Assembly: GCF_004010195.1 (NCBI RefSeq)
Contig: NC_057718.1
Coordinates: 19,054,588 to 19,118,587 of the forward strand
Direction: 5' to 3'
Origin: Chiloscyllium plagiosum
Taxonomy: Eukaryota
DNA length: 64,000 nucleotides
Notes under the pieces: generated by a model
Told to the model about the DNA's origin: nothing
The model's input: the letters and a program-made list of their open reading frames with translations, nothing else
Database searches by the model: none
In this document: piece by piece, positions 24,158 through 38,599 of the stretch
Position numbering within the stretch: position 1 is the first letter of the stretch
Layout of the letters: the number at the start of each line of letters is the position of its first letter
Made by a program: the position numbers and the translations under genes

Positions 24158-25425
24158 GCATACGAACAAAGAACAAGAGTAGACCATTCAGCCCTTCAAG
24201 CCTGCTCCCCCATTCAATACGATCATGGCCAATCTAGCCTTAACCTGAACTCTACATTTCTGCATATCCCCAATAAACATTTATCCCCTTGGTCATTAAG
24301 AATCTATCTACTTCTGCTTCCAAAATATTTAAAAATTCTGCATCACTGCCTTTTGAGAAAGGGAATTCTAAAGACATTAAGAGAAAAGAAATGTTTCTAC
24401 ATATCTGTCTTAAACAAGTGCCCTCTTATATTTGAATAATGGCCCTTTATTCTAGATTCTTCCACAATACAGGAGACACCCTTTCAACATCCACCTGGTT
24501 AGGTCTCCTCAGGATCTTATACCTTCCAATTAAATCATCTCTGACTATCCAGAGGATATAGGCCTAGTCGGTCTAGTACTTCCTCATAAGGCAATCCACT
24601 CATTCCAGATTTTAGTCTAGTAAACCTGTGAATCATTTCCAACACAATAGCATCCTTCCATCTGTACGGTGACAAGCACCATACACAATACTCCATATGC
24701 AATCCTACTAACGCCTTGTATAACTGGAGAATAACTTACCTATTCTGGCACTCAATTCCTCTCACAATAAAACTTTCCTGATTATTCACTGTACATACAT
24801 ACAAACCCTTTTGTGATTCACTAGGATATACAGATCTCTCTCGCTCTCAGAGCTTTATAAACCTTTTACCATTCAGATATCTGTCTTTTTTATTCCTTCT
24901 GCCAAAATGAACAATTTCCATTTTCCCACATTCTACTGATTTGTCAGCTCATTGTCCACTCACTAAACCTATCCCTTTGTAGGCTTCTTATATCCACTTC
25001 ACAGCTCTCTTGCCTGAACATTAAAGAAACTAGGGGTTTTCTCCTTAGAAGAGAGAAGTTTCAGAGGAGATTTGATTTTTTTTTAAATCTTGAAGGGTCT
25101 AAACAATATGGATAGAGAAACTCTCTTGCCACCGAGCAGAATAATCATGGACCAGTAGACACCAATGTAAAGAGATTGGCAAGGAAAGCAGTGATGAGTT
25201 GAGGAAATGATTTTGAATTCAGTGACTGGTCTGAATTTAGAGTGTCCTGTCTCAGTGTAATGGAAGTAAATTCAATTGTGGTTTTCAAAAAGGGATTGGA
25301 TGGCACTTTAAAAGAAAACGAATTGCTGTGTGATGGGGAAAGGTTGAAGAGTAGGATCCGAGAATTGCTCTTGCAGTGGGTGGGAATGTTTAAGACGGAT
25401 TGAAAGGTCTCCTACTGTGCTGTAA
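24158..25425. mobile_element. Two old CR1 fragments (- 24158-25020; + 25020-25425)
   Basis: CR1 3' UTR and ORF2 C-terminal similarity. Confidence 0.65.
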
Positions 25426-26109
25426 TGATTCTAACTCTGAATTTTAGAATTAAATTCTACAGTCACTTTCAAGATGATGGCTCTAATTTCAGAAGAAATA
25501 TCAAAGTTAACACCACTCTAACAGTAAGAATTTCTAAAATATTCTTCATTATAAAGAATTCAATCGTTTGTCAAATACCATATTTAAGGACAATAGAACA
25601 TTTAATACAAAAAATATCTGGACATATGGTATTCACTTCAGAAGTCAGGTAATATTTGAGTAATAGGGCCAAGTGCTGGATAATGGACTAGATTAATTTA
25701 GGATACCTGGTTGGCATGGACGAGTGGGCTGAAGGATCTATTTCTGTGCTGTACTACTGTATGACTATGATAACAGAACTTTTCTCCAATCAAAGAGGCA
25801 TTTGATAAAGAGCCATATCAAAAATTATTGTAAGAAGAAAAGCTCATTGTCTAGGGGGTAGTGCATTAGCATGGATAGAAGATTGGCTGAAAGCACAAAG
25901 TAGGCATAAATGAGTCTTTTTCGAGGTTATGAACAGAACATAAGGAAGTTACAAAAGATATAGATAAATTAAGTGAGATCTGCCAAATGGAAAAATGTGA
26001 AATTGTGCACTTTGCTATAAAGAATGAAAACAAAGTTATATTAAATACAATATGAGAAATAACTAGCACCTGGTTAATCAAACAGGCAGAGACTGCAGTT
26101 ACAAGCGGA

Positions 26110-26905
26110 CATTGGAGATATAAGAAGTACAGTTAGTAAGTTTGCAGATGACACCAAAATTGGAGGTGTAGTTGACAGCGAAGAGGATTACCTCAGATTA
26201 CAACAGAATCTTGACCAGATGGGCCAATGGGCTGAGAAGTGGCAGATGGAATTTAATTCAGATAAATGCGAGGTGCTGCATTTTGGGAAAGCAAATCTTA
26301 GCAGGACTTATGCACTTAATGGTAAGGTCCCAGGGAGTGTTGCTGAACAAAGAGACTTTGGAGTGCAGGTTCATAGCTCCTTGAAAGTGGAGTTGCAGGT
26401 AGATAGGATAGTGAAGAAGGCGTTTGGTATGCTTTCCTTTCTTGGTCAGAGTATTGACTACAGGGGTTGGGAGGTCATGTTGTAGCTGTACAGGACATTG
26501 GTTAGGCCACTGTTGGAATATTGCGTGCAATTCTGGTCTCCTTCCTATCGGAAACTTGTAAGGGTTCAGAAAAGATTTACAAGGATGTTGCCAAGGTTGG
26601 AGGATTTGAGCTGTAGGGAAGGGCTATTTTCCCTGGAGCATCGGAGGCTGAGGGGTGACCTTATAGAGGTTTACAAAATTATTAGGGGCATGGATAGGGT
26701 AAATAGGCAAAGTCTTTTCCCTGAGTTGGGGAGTCCAGAACTAGAGGGCATAGGTTTAGGGTGAGAGGGGAAAGATATAAAAGAGACCTACGGGGCATCT
26801 TTTTCACACAGAGGGTGGTACGTAAGATTGGGTTGGGATATCTGGTCGGCATGGACAGGTTGGACCGAAGGGTCTGTTTTCATGCTGTGCATCTCTGTGA
26901 CTCTA
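26110..26905 (+). mobile_element. Young CR1/HER1 fragment nested in older CR1 sequence (~25780-27040)
   Basis: KFADDTK, WAEKWQMEFNSDKCEVLHFG, RPLLEYCVQFWSP, RRLRGDLIEVYKI; internal stop and deletions. Confidence 0.92.
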
Positions 26906-27046
26906 AGCTGAGGTTGTTTCCCCAAAGAGATGTTTGTCTGGAGATTTGACTTTTAGAAACAAAACATGAGATGGCCAGACAGTGTGGATAGAGAAAATCA
27001 TTTGTCATTGGTGGAAGGGTCAATTAGACGCCAGTTTGAGGGTATT

Positions 27047-27597
27047 ATAGAGTCATACAGCATGGAGACAGACCTTTCGGTCCAATCAGTCCATACCAAA
27101 CATAATCCCAAACTGAACTAGTCCCACCTACCTGCTTCTGACGTATATCGCTCCAACCCTTTCCTATTCATGCACTTATCCAAATGTCTTTCAAACTTTG
27201 TAACTATATCCACATTCACTACTTCCTCAGGAAGTTTATTCCACGTGCAAACTATGCTCTGAGTAAAAAATTTGCCTCGGTCTTTTTTGAATCTCTCTCT
27301 TCTCACCTTAAAAATGTGTCCCCTAGTCTTGAAATCCCCCATCGTAGGGAAAAGACAATTACTATTAACTCTACCTATACCTTTCATTTTATAAACTTCT
27401 TTCAGGTAGCTTCTCAACCTCCTACGCTACAATGAAAAAAGGTCCCAGTTTATCCAGCCTTTCTTTACAACTCAAACCTCCCATACCAGCAACATCCTGG
27501 TAAATCTCTTCTGAACCCTCCCCAGCTTTATAATATCCTTCCTTTAACTGGGTGACTAGAACCGGACACAATATTCTAGAAGAGGCTTCACTAATGT
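27047..27597 (-). mobile_element. CR1 LINE 3' fragment
   Basis: ORF piece ...FFTQSIVCTWNKLPEEVV...AGRWD. Confidence 0.87.
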
Positions 27598-28240
27598 TAG
27601 CGTTCTGTAATCTGTGTAATCTGCGTCCATCATACTCACATGCTCATACTCCAGAACCAAAATACTCACTTCATAAATAAATGACTATCCTGATCTTATC
27701 ACTGTTTCTGTTGCTGAACCCCTCAAACTGGCATCTTCTTGACCCTGCCATTAATGACAGATGGCTTTCTCTTTCTACACTGTCTTAGTTGTCTCATGTT
27801 TTTTATTCCGGAAGTCAAATCTCCTGTCAAACTTCTCTTAAAATGACAATCTCAGTTTATTCAATGCACCCTTGTAACAGCAGTCTCGGCCTGTTTGATT
27901 ATACCTGGTGTTAGTTATTTCTCATCAATTATAACCAATGTGCAATAGAAGAAATGTGAAGACAATCTGCCTTGCCAGGATATCCTAAGTTTTACATTTT
28001 TCCAGATCCTACAAATCAAGTGGTCCTTATCTGTGTGTTCCAGTGGTCTGTTACATTGGACATTTAGATTTGGCTGATCTGAGTATGGAACATGAGTTCT
28101 CCCTAGAAATATTGCCACAAAATATCAGTGTGCATTCATTGTGTGGATTAACAATATCAGGAAATGCAGCAGCAACATGAAAGCAACCAGGTTCAGAAGC
28201 AATTTATATGTTTGTGTTATATCTCACTGGGAGTACTTAC

Positions 28241-28388
28241 AAATCCTGCACAGTGCTCACAGAAGGTGGGTTTGAGGTATGTCATCTCTTGAAAGTTGTG
28301 AATAAAGCCCTGCCCCATTTTGCACTGGAGCTGAGAGTTGGCGCGCAGAAAATAGGCCATCATTTCGTCTTTGCTGATCCGACCATCT
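28241..28388 (-). CDS. RASGRP3: RASGRP3 coding exon (148 nt), EF-hand 2 and start of C1: [16 protein letters not shown]...[20 protein letters not shown]
   Basis: ttctcag| acceptor, |gtaagt donor, phase 2/0; hand translation. Confidence 0.95.
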
Positions 28389-30400
28389 CTGAGAAGTAGA
28401 GAAGAAAATATATTTTAATTGTAGCACAAATCCTGGAAAACAAACTGTTTAATGTGAAAAATGGAGAAAATGGAAACACGAAGATAATGGAGAAAGGAAG
28501 AAAAAGTTTTTAAATTCTGTCAATGCCTGGGAAAGGGTAATGTTTTCACTTGTAAAATGTAACTTCGGCATATATCAGAGGGGGACTCTCAATAACACAA
28601 TAGTTTCCATCTCACTGCGTCACGTGGCCTATTGGAACAGGAATAGTCTTAATCTCCATCAGCAAATTATGGTGTCAGCCAGAAACGAGGAACTCCGTTG
28701 AGACTTTTCATTTTGGAGCCTTGTAGCCAATGTTCCCTCTAAGCTGCACTGCCATACTGACTTCCAATCCTGGAGGTCTTTGCATGGACTCTGGGTACTC
28801 ACGCAGCAGAAAATAAATTAGTGGGGAACGTAGCTGACAGTCAGAACTTAGTTACAGCTTGATTCAATCTCAAGGTGCACAGAGGTCAAAGGTCAGTTTG
28901 AAAATTAAGAACGTCTTGATTGTATTTACATTAGCACGGTCAATGGCAGATGATAGTGAACTGGACTTCTCAAGGTGTCCAAGCCGATACTACAAGGACA
29001 GCTACAAGTGGAAAGGTTGTATCTCATGCCACTGGATGTTGGCATGACAACTGGGAAACAAGCCGTGATGGGTATGACCTCTGCAGGCGCAATAGAAGAA
29101 AGGAGCAGAAACGAAAAGCTTAGCCTGACCAAGAAGGCAGCCCAGTGAAAGCTCGGGCCCAGCGAAGCGTGCACCTCCTCAGCTGCACTGACTGAGGCTG
29201 CTGCACCAGAGTGGGGCTCTTGAGCCTAGACCAGACAATGCTAAGCACAGTGTTGACCACCAGGACCTACTCCACAAGGTGTAGATGCTGCCAACAACTG
29301 ATGCATGTAACCACCAATGATTGAACCAACACCACCAAAAGTAATATTAAATGGCTTCACAGACCAGGAAGTCTGGTTGCAAGTGCAATTTTAACCTGAC
29401 CGGCTCGACAGAAACCAGGGCAGAGAGCAAGCACAGCGACAGCAGCTAAAATGGCACAATTTGCCTGTTCCAGAATTAATAGTTTATTATTTTCCAACAA
29501 GCAGACAGCAAAGACACTCAGTCAGAGCCAACAGAATCATTTTGACAGGAGCTCGGTTATTCGTATTGCCTCCTTTAGGGTTCAATCACAATTTTAACTC
29601 AGTGACCAAAATTTCCAGCAGGCAAGTAGGTTCCCTCAAAGAGATTATGGGCACTACAGAGGTTTAAAAGGTGCTTTAAAAAGTTATTTAGCTCCTCTTT
29701 CAAGTACCTTAATGACTTCATGAAGAAACCCATACGTTTTAGGCTAAAATGGCATGGTTGGGGTCAGGTACCGCCTCCCCACAAAACCTGCAAATGTATT
29801 TTCACTGAAATGGAGTAAAAAGAAGCTCAGCATAGGAGTGAGATCCAGGAATACAATCATCCATTTCCCAGCTCCTTAAAAGCTGGTAGCTATGGATTTT
29901 GGTTTCTCTCCACAGATCCTGCCAGACCTGTTCAGCTTTTCTGGAAATTCCTATTTTTATTTCTGATTTACAACATCCGCAGTTGTTTCAGTTTTTATTA
30001 ACTATGGAATAAAGATGAGATTTAGATCATCTCCTCACTCAGGAAAAACTAGTCTCTTCCTGTGGAGATGGCACCTTCAGTAAACCATAAGCCTCGAGTA
30101 TTGTATTTACATTTCTCCATTTATTTAGGACCCAAGGATATGATGATGCAAATCATATTGATGCAGGTGATCAAATTACCCAGTGAGCTCCATCTTGCCA
30201 ACAGAGCAAACAATTGTGTGTGTTATTTCTAAGAATTTATCATTTACATCCAGAATATTAAAGGACTCAAGGCAAAAAAATTGTGTGTCACAGTTTTCAG
30301 AAAATTGCAAGTATTACTCTACTTTTATTCTCATTTTGAACTTTAGATTTTTAAGTAGCATTAATTGACTTTTGATTTCAGTTCTGTGAAAGTCACTTCA

Positions 30401-31285
30401 TAGAATCATACAGTGCAGAAGAGACCTTTTGTCCAATCAAGTGTGTACCACCAAAACTATTCCACTACCTACAGTACTCCCACTTCCCTGCTCTAGGCCC
30501 ACAGTTTTTAATTTTTTTGACACTTCATGTGCTCATCCAAGTACTTTTTAAAGGTTGTGAGGTTTTCCACCTCAACTATTCTCCCAGATCCCCACTAGGT
30601 GAAAATATTTTTCTTCAATTCCCCTCGAAACCTCCTGCCTTTCACTTTGAAATTATGCCCTATTCTTATTGACCCTCTGACTAAGAAGAACAGCTGTTTT
30701 CTATTCAACCTATCCTGGTCCCTCATAATCTTATACACCTCTATCAGGTCCCCTCTCATCCTTCTCTGCTCCAGAGAAAACAGCCCGGCTTATCCAGCCT
30801 TTCTTCATAGCTGAGATGCTCCATCCCAGAAAACATTCTGGTGAGTCTTCTCTGCACCCGGCTCCAGTGCAATCACATCCTTCCTAGAGAGTGGTGACAA
30901 GAACTGCACACAGTACTCCTGCTGGGGCTTAACCAAAGTTCTGTACATCTCCAGCATGGCCGACATATTCTCACAATCTTTATCATGACTGGTAAAGGCA
31001 AGCATACTGTATACCTCCTCACCTCCTTATTCACCTGGCCTACTGCCTTCAGGGATCTGTGGACAAGCATGCAAGATCTCGAAGTTCTTCTGAGTTTCCT
31101 AGTATCTTGCCATTTATTGAGTAGCCCTTTGTCTTGTTACTTCTTCCAAAATGTATCACCTCACATTTGTCAGGGTTCAATTGCACCTGCCACTGCTCTG
31201 CCAATCTGACCAATTCATTTACATCCTCCTGCAAACCAACACCTTCCCTCTCACTGTCAACAATCCAACCAATCTTTGTGTCAAC
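30401..31285 (-). mobile_element. CR1 LINE 3' fragment
   Basis: AEQWQVQLNPDKCEVIHFG and YRTLVKPQQEYCVQF pieces. Confidence 0.87.
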
Positions 31286-31769
31286 TTCTTTTAAAAAGAG
31301 GACAGAAAATCATTTGAAACATGTGAACTAAATATATAGCATCCAAGAAAACATATGATTTAAGTTCAATGCCTTGGTCGGACACCAAGAGCATTCATTG
31401 CTGAATATTAATAATTTTGGAGAGTTTTATGACCTACACAGAAGTAAATGGGCAGGGGCCACTCATAGGCCAAGTTCCGAATCAAGTTTCCGTTCAGAAG
31501 AACAGTTTTCATTACAGCAGAAGTGAAGGTTGGATTTGTAGAAACCCCCAGACTGTAGGTGCTTAGTTTGTAGAAATTCCCTGGCTATCAGAACTGTAAA
31601 GAAATCCCAATGCTCAGGCATGGAAAAAGTTTTCTCTGCCATCAAAACTGGGAAGAGTCCACTGGATAAAAAACCTTAGAATTAAGATAGGAGTGATATT
31701 AGTAGGATTGAATATCCATAAAGGTTATTGCCAGGAGAAAGTTTTCAATCTTTGCTCCTTTTCTTTATA

Positions 31770-32125
31770 AAATCATACAGCACAGAAACAGACACTTCAA
31801 TCCAACCAGCCCATGCCGACCATAATCCCAAAGTAAACTAGTCCCACCTGCCTGCACTTGGCCCATATCCCTCCAAACATTCCTTATTCACGTACTTATC
31901 CAAATGCCTTTTAAACATTGCTACTATACCCACATCCCCTGGAAGTCCATTCCACACACAAACCACTCTCTGTGTAACAAAGTTGCCCTTCATGTCCTTT
32001 GTAAATCTTTCTCCTCTCACCTTAAAAGTATGCCCATTAGTCTTGAAGTCCCCCACACCAGGGAAAAGACACAAGCCAATCACCCTATCCATACCCCTCC
32101 TGATTTTATAAACCTCTAGAAGGTC
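31770..32125 (-). mobile_element. CR1 LINE 3' fragment
   Basis: FVTQRVVCVWNGLP...AGRWD. Confidence 0.87.
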
Positions 32126-32961
32126 ACTTTATATTAAAATTTTCCAAAATTGTCATATATGTAAGAAGATATAGCTTTATTTGCTTTTTCTTTTGTGTAA
32201 TAAACTTGTGTTCTTTTGTTAAAAGTACATTGACAGCCTTTAGTGAGTACATTGATTGAGTGACTGATGACTGCTGTAACCCAACTGCAAAAATAAAACT
32301 TATACTCTCTCGTTTCACACTGGGATCTGACTTGTCCCATATTAACATTAGATGAGATAGTAACAAGGATATGTCTTTCCAGAAGGCAGTCTAGTGTCGG
32401 TTCACTAAATTGATCCATGGGAGTTGTCCAGTGATGGAAGGTTGTGTAAATTGTGTCTATATTATCTGGCACTCATAGGAGAGTTGACCTCATTGAAACA
32501 CAGAATTTTGAAGGCATTTGACAGGGTAGACAGATTGTTTCTGCTACTTGTGAAACCTATAAAACAGGCATTGTCTCAGGATAAAAGGTTAATTATTTAG
32601 AAATCTTAGTGAACTGATTTCTCCTCATCTAAGCATTATAAATCATTAGAATTCTCTACTCAAGGGTTGTCGATACTCCATCAATTGAACTGATGTTAAG
32701 GCTGGGACGGACTCTCAGAGAATCAAGGGGTATGGGGATTGAATAGGAAAGTGGAGTGCTGAAGTGAGCCTTAAGCATGCTGAATGATGGAGCAGGTTCA
32801 GTCCTACCCTTCCCCCTTGTGTTTTCGCAGACATCTTCAATTAACAGCAATTGTGAGGATGGACATTAGTGAAATGCAGAGACCAAGAGCTGAATTTTTC
32901 TTTGGATTTAGATACAGGGCTGTGAGAAAGCTCAGTTGTATGTTGGGCTGACTTCCCAGAT

Positions 32962-33312
32962 AGAATCATAGAGACCCTACAGTGTGGAAGCAGGCCAACC
33001 CTCTGAAGAGCATCCCATTGAGACCCACCACCCTCCCTATCTCTGTAACCCTGCATTTCCCTTTGCTAATCCACTGAGCCTACACATCCCTGGGCACTAT
33101 GGGTAATTTAGCATGGCCAATTTAGCATGGCCAACCCACCTAACCTGAAAATCTTTGGACTGTGGGAGGAAACTGGAGCACCTAGAGGAAACCCACGCAG
33201 ACATGGGGAGAATGTACAGACTCCACACAGACAGTCGTCTGAGGGTGGAATTGCACCTGAATCCTTACCCCTGTGGGGTAGCAGCACTAGCCACTGACTC
33301 ACCGTGCCACCC
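32962..33312 (-). mobile_element. HE1-type SINE (internal 14-bp tandem duplication aatttagcatggcc)
   Basis: HE1 body and head similarity. Confidence 0.83.
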
Positions 33313-33779
33313 AGTGCCAAAGTGTTCCCGGTCTAGGAAAGATTTCCTGGGGCAGGATGCTGCAGGAAACGGCAACCTAGTCAACACGGGCAGGCTGGGA
33401 TGTAGACAGAATCAGATTCGGGACCATGTTCATCCTGTCAGTCTGGAGATGGGCTGGAGATGACTCCCTAGCTGTGCAATGAAGGATTGTTGGTGGGTCT
33501 TCTCACTGGTCTAATGAAGAGCCACAAGTATGCATCAGCCAGGGTAATCCACACTGACAGTCCTAACAACCGTGATTATAAAAGCACATGGAATAGGGGC
33601 TGCAGTGTACCATTTAGCCCCTCAAACCTGCTTTTGATCACATCTTGGCTAAGCAGATCGTAGCTTGAGTCTGCTTTCCTCCAACCCACCCTCCCACAGC
33701 TCTCGACTCCTCTCGATCTGTCTCATACAGGGGTGAGAGAACTTTGGAAAACCGTAGTGTGCCTTCACTAACTTTAAAT

Positions 33780-34230
33780 TGTCAAAAGTCTTCCAAGACC
33801 TTATCAGAACATGTTTCAATCCTAGGCGGATTTGAAAAGGAGGAGCTTTCCTCTCGCTGAGGGCGACTAGAATTAGGAAACACAATATAAGAATAAGATG
33901 CCTCTCATTTTCAGGCCCATTCTGCCATTCAGAGAACTTGTGGCCAACCTGATTGTGGCCTCAACCTCACTTTGCTGTCTGCCATTCGGTAACCCTTGAC
34001 TCACTTGTCTATCAGGAAATCAATCTACCTCTATATTGAACCAGTTCAATAATCCAGCCTCTGCTGCTTTCTGGGGAAGGGACTAACAACCTTCTGAGAG
34101 ATAAAAAAAACATTTCTCAGCCTTCAAAGTGAGGTTGAGGCCACAATCAGGTTGGCCACAAGTTCTCTGAATGGCAGAATGGGCCTGAAGGGCTGAGTGG
34201 CCAACTCCTTGTCCCACGTTTCTATGTTCA
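33780..34230 (+). mobile_element. Old CR1 3' end with internal inversion (33910-~34124) and 65-bp inverted duplication
   Basis: 33910-33974 is the exact reverse complement of 34125-34189. Confidence 0.75.
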
Positions 34231-34341
34231 CCTCTGTTGTTAAGGTTCACATTTCTACCTGAACAATGCTTATTTTTCCAGCGGGGTGCACTGGCATCAT
34301 GTGCTGCAGGACCTATAATTAGGGCATCCTGCCATCCTCAC

Positions 34342-35167
34342 AGAGATGTGCAACATGGAAACAGACCCTTCGGTCCAGCTTGTCCGTGCTGACCAGATAT
34401 CCTAAATTAATTGAGTTGCATTTGCCAGCACCTGGCCTTTATCCCTCCAAACCCTTCCTATTCATATACCCATCCAACTGTATTTTAAATGCTGTAATTG
34501 TACCAGCTGCCACCACTTCCCCTGGCAGCTCATTCCATACACATACCACCCTCTGTGTGAAAAAGTTGCCCTTATGTCCATTTTATATCTTTCCCTTCTA
34601 ACCCTAAACCTTTCCCCTCTAGTTCTGGACTCACCCACCCCAGGGAAGACTTTGTTTATTTATCCTGTCCATGCCCCTCATGAGTTTATAAACCTTTATA
34701 AGGTCACCCCTCAGCCTCGACGCTCCAGGGATAACAGGCCCAGCCCACTCAGCCTCTAACTATAGCTCAAATCCCTCAACCCTGGCAACTTCCTTCTAAA
34801 TCTTTTCTGAACCCTTTCAAGTTTCACAACATCCTTCCAATAGGAAGGAGAGCAGAATTGCACGCAATATTCCAAAAGTGACCTAACCAATTTCCTGTAA
34901 AGCCACAACATGACCTCCCAACTCCTATACTCAGTACTCTGACCAACAAAGGAAAGCACACCAAACACCTTCTTCACTATCCTATCGACCTACGACTCTA
35001 CGTTCAAGGAACTATGAACCTGCACTCCAAGGTCTCTTTGTTCAGCAACACACCCCAGGACCTTACCATTCAGTGTATAGTTCCTGCTCTGATTTGCTTT
35101 TCCAAAATGCAGCACCTCGCATTTATGTAAATTAAACTCCATCTGCCACTCCTCAGCCCATTGGCCC
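34342..35167 (-). mobile_element. CR1/HER1 LINE 3' fragment
   Basis: WAEEWQMEFNLHKCEVLHFG; LEYCVQFCSP. Confidence 0.9.
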
Positions 35168-36779
35168 ACAAGTTCCCACTGATCCTTGAGAGGAGCACAA
35201 CCAATTAGGAGCCTGGCTGGCACAAAGGTGCATCAGCAGGCATCCTAATGACTAAGCACAGGCTCGGGACCTGCAGATGGTTGCTTCCTTATGCCCAGTC
35301 ACAGAGTGACTGAGCTGAGCAAAGCATGGATTTGTGAATGGCAAGTCATTGTTACTCATCCATTTGACGTCATGAGTGTGGTGGCGGAGAGCAGAGTACC
35401 TTATGGGTGTTTTCTCCATGATCTTTCAGACAGTATCTGAAGTGTTTGCACAAGAGATTTTGTTCTTACTCCACCCAGAGGTGCTATTACGCATAACTGG
35501 GTGACTTTCCCACCACCAAAATGATCGTGATACATACCTTTTGCTCTTTATTTAAAACTAGTAACCACCATCAGTAAAATACCAATGTAATCAATTGAAC
35601 ATTTACTAGCAAAACCCATTATAGGCAATATGAACCTTCACAGGCGAGGGGAGGGTGGCAGTAGGGAGAGCAGGAAAGGACTAAATCAAATTGGAGTTGG
35701 ATAGGGACAAGAGATTATTAGCAAGATTGAACTTGGATAGAATTTGAACTAATCGTTTGTTACAGGTTGTAATTGATTAGAAGGTAAAATTTAAGAGTTT
35801 ACAATAGAGGCAATGTTTTCTCATTAATGGCTTGTAAGAAATGGTCTTCCCATGGGACCATCCTGCAATTTCAGCTTGTTATCCTATAACACTAATGATT
35901 TGGATGAACGAGTTTGCAGATGGCACTGTGAGTTGTATGGGTGGAAGCAGGAAGCCATAATGGGAAACAGGCAGATAAAGAGAATAGATAAATAGCTAAT
36001 GGAATTCAATGTGAATAAGTGTAGGAACAGAACAATGAATCAAAATATTTCCGGAGTAGTGAGAGACAAGGAGGAGGAAAGGGGTTTCGGGGACGACGTC
36101 TCAAGTCACTAAAGGTTAGTGCGCTTGTACAAAGCGCTGAGAAGAACCTTTAATAAAATGTTGATCTTTGTCTCAAGATGTCTGGAATACAAAAGGGGAA
36201 GTTCTCCAGTTCTACGCAATCTTGTTTGCCTCTGGCCCCATCTGGGAATAGGCATAACAGTTGTTTCACAGACGTTTTTGAATAATTTACTTTGTGTAAA
36301 TTTCTATTTAAAATTGGGTTATAACTGCGTGACAGCAACAAAAATAAAATTCTGTTCTGCAGTGGGGGATTGCAGATGCTTTCTGCTTGGCTGAAAGATC
36401 AATAGGGATTTTTTTCTATTTCACCACGTTAAAAATGATTTATTGAGACATTTTCATGTTCCATTTTTATATCAAAAACTACAAAAAAAACCAAGGGGAA
36501 TTTTGGACCTCAAAAAAGTGTAATAATATCAACAAATCATTTGAACCCTGACTAAAACTCAACAAACTGAGGATTCAAAAAGGCTGAGTTAAATTGATTG
36601 ACATCCAACAATAATTTGGATCATTCACAGACACCAAGATCTTAATTGTTGTACTTTGTAGAATGTTATCGTACAGAAGGAGCCCATTTGGTCCAATGTG
36701 CCTGTGTCTGTTCTTTAAAAAAGCCATCAATTTAGTCCCCAGATCAGAGAAAACAGTGGGCCCAACACTGACTTCTCTT

Positions 36780-37740
36780 GGTGAGCCCTTCACTCCTGTC
36801 TGAAAAACAACCATTCATAACTATTATCTGCTTTTTGACTGTCAGCTGATTCCATTTCTACACAACCCTTTAATCTCATGGATTTTCATTTTGTTAACGG
36901 GTTGTATACGGCTACTTTATCAAAAGGCTTTTTAAAAGTCCACATACTTAATGCCTACACTTCCTTCATCAATCTCTCTGCATTATTTCACAGAATTGTT
37001 CCAATGCAAAATAGGCCATTCAGCCAATCCAATTTGTGCTGGCTCTCTATGGCATTCTCCTACTTTTCTCTCACAGCCCTAAATATTGTTTTCTTTAAAT
37101 AATCATCTAATTTCCTCCCATCTCCACCACCCTGCCAGGCAGTGCATTCCAGACTCGTAACTACTCACTGTGTAAAAAAGGTTTTTTCTCACCTCCTATT
37201 TGCTTCGGTTGCCAATTGTCTTTTATCTGCGCCCTCTCATTCTTGATCCTTTTATGAGAGGGAACAATTTCTTGATCTCTACTGTTTCCAGTCCCCTCAT
37301 GATTTTGAAAAAATTTCATTGAAAAGTTCAAAGTTAGTTAAGGGCAATTTGATTTAAACAAATCAGTGATGCCTTTCAATTATTAATCCGTGCTAATTCA
37401 AGTGACAATTAATTTTCCCCAATTATTGCCTCTAAACACTATCTGCTGATGAGGTTCACAAACTGACATATAGTTGCTAGAAACATAGAAACATTGAAAA
37501 TAGGAGCAGGAGTAGGCCATTCAGCCCCTCGAGCCTGCTCTGCCATTCGATATGATCGTGGCTGATCATCCAACTCAGCACTCTGTTCCCACTTCCTCCC
37601 CATACCCTTTGGTCCCTCTAGCCCTAAGAACGTTCAATGTTTTTTCCTCAACTGCTTTCCATAGGTGTGCCACTCTCAGCGTGAATAAATTTCTCCTCAT
37701 CTCTGTCCTAAACGATCAACCCCATACCCTTACACTGTGA
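36780..37740 (-). mobile_element. Cluster of old CR1 fragments
   Basis: CR1 RT and 3' UTR similarity (agaaacatagaaa...ggagtaggccattcagcccctcgagcctgct). Confidence 0.6.
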
Positions 37741-38599
37741 CTCACTCTTTCCTTTATTGAACAAATGTGTAACATTTCCAATCCACCTGTCCTTTGTCAT
37801 CACTCCCATACCCAAAAAGGAGGATGGACAATTGTAACCTGAACTTCTGCAGTTTTAACCCTTTCCTCCCTCAACATTCAAGATTTGTCCAACTTGGACC
37901 AGGTGACTTTTCTGCTCATTTTTTATGTATTTAATTTTGATCCTATCTCAGTTCTCAACTAGCTGGATGATAGTCATGCTCTCTACATGAATTGCCTTTC
38001 CAAATCTCGTCCACTGAATACTCAACTTTTACAATATTCATTCCATTGAAATATAGCTCTACCGCATCAACATTTACACTTGGAATTTGTATTTGCCAGA
38101 GTCTTTTTATGAATATTTTTTAGTATTCATTCTTGCAAAATGGACTTGATTGGCAAGGCTAGAATGTGTTACCTTAGTTGACTTTTGAGTGGGGACTTCA
38201 GAAGTCAGACAAGAATCAACTACAATTGGAAGGAAGGGGATACTCACATGGACTTTGTATAATGATGACAGACCTCCTCTACGGATGACAGTGCTGAACT
38301 AGTTGGGGCTTTTACAAACAACTAAACAAACAAACAAACAATCTGACAGTTTAATAGTTACAAATTTTTGTCTAAAAGGGTTGAAGTGAAGTAGTCATAG
38401 AAATGTACAGTGCAGAAACAAGCCCTTCAGTCCAACTCGTCCATGCCGACCAGATACCCTAACCTAATCTAGTCCCATTTGCCAGTACTTGGCCCATATC
38501 TCTCTAAACCCTTCTCATTCAGATACACATTCCGATGCCTTATAAACTGTTATGCTGAAGCTTGAACTCATACTCGTTCAGGGCTCTGCATTACTCAGT

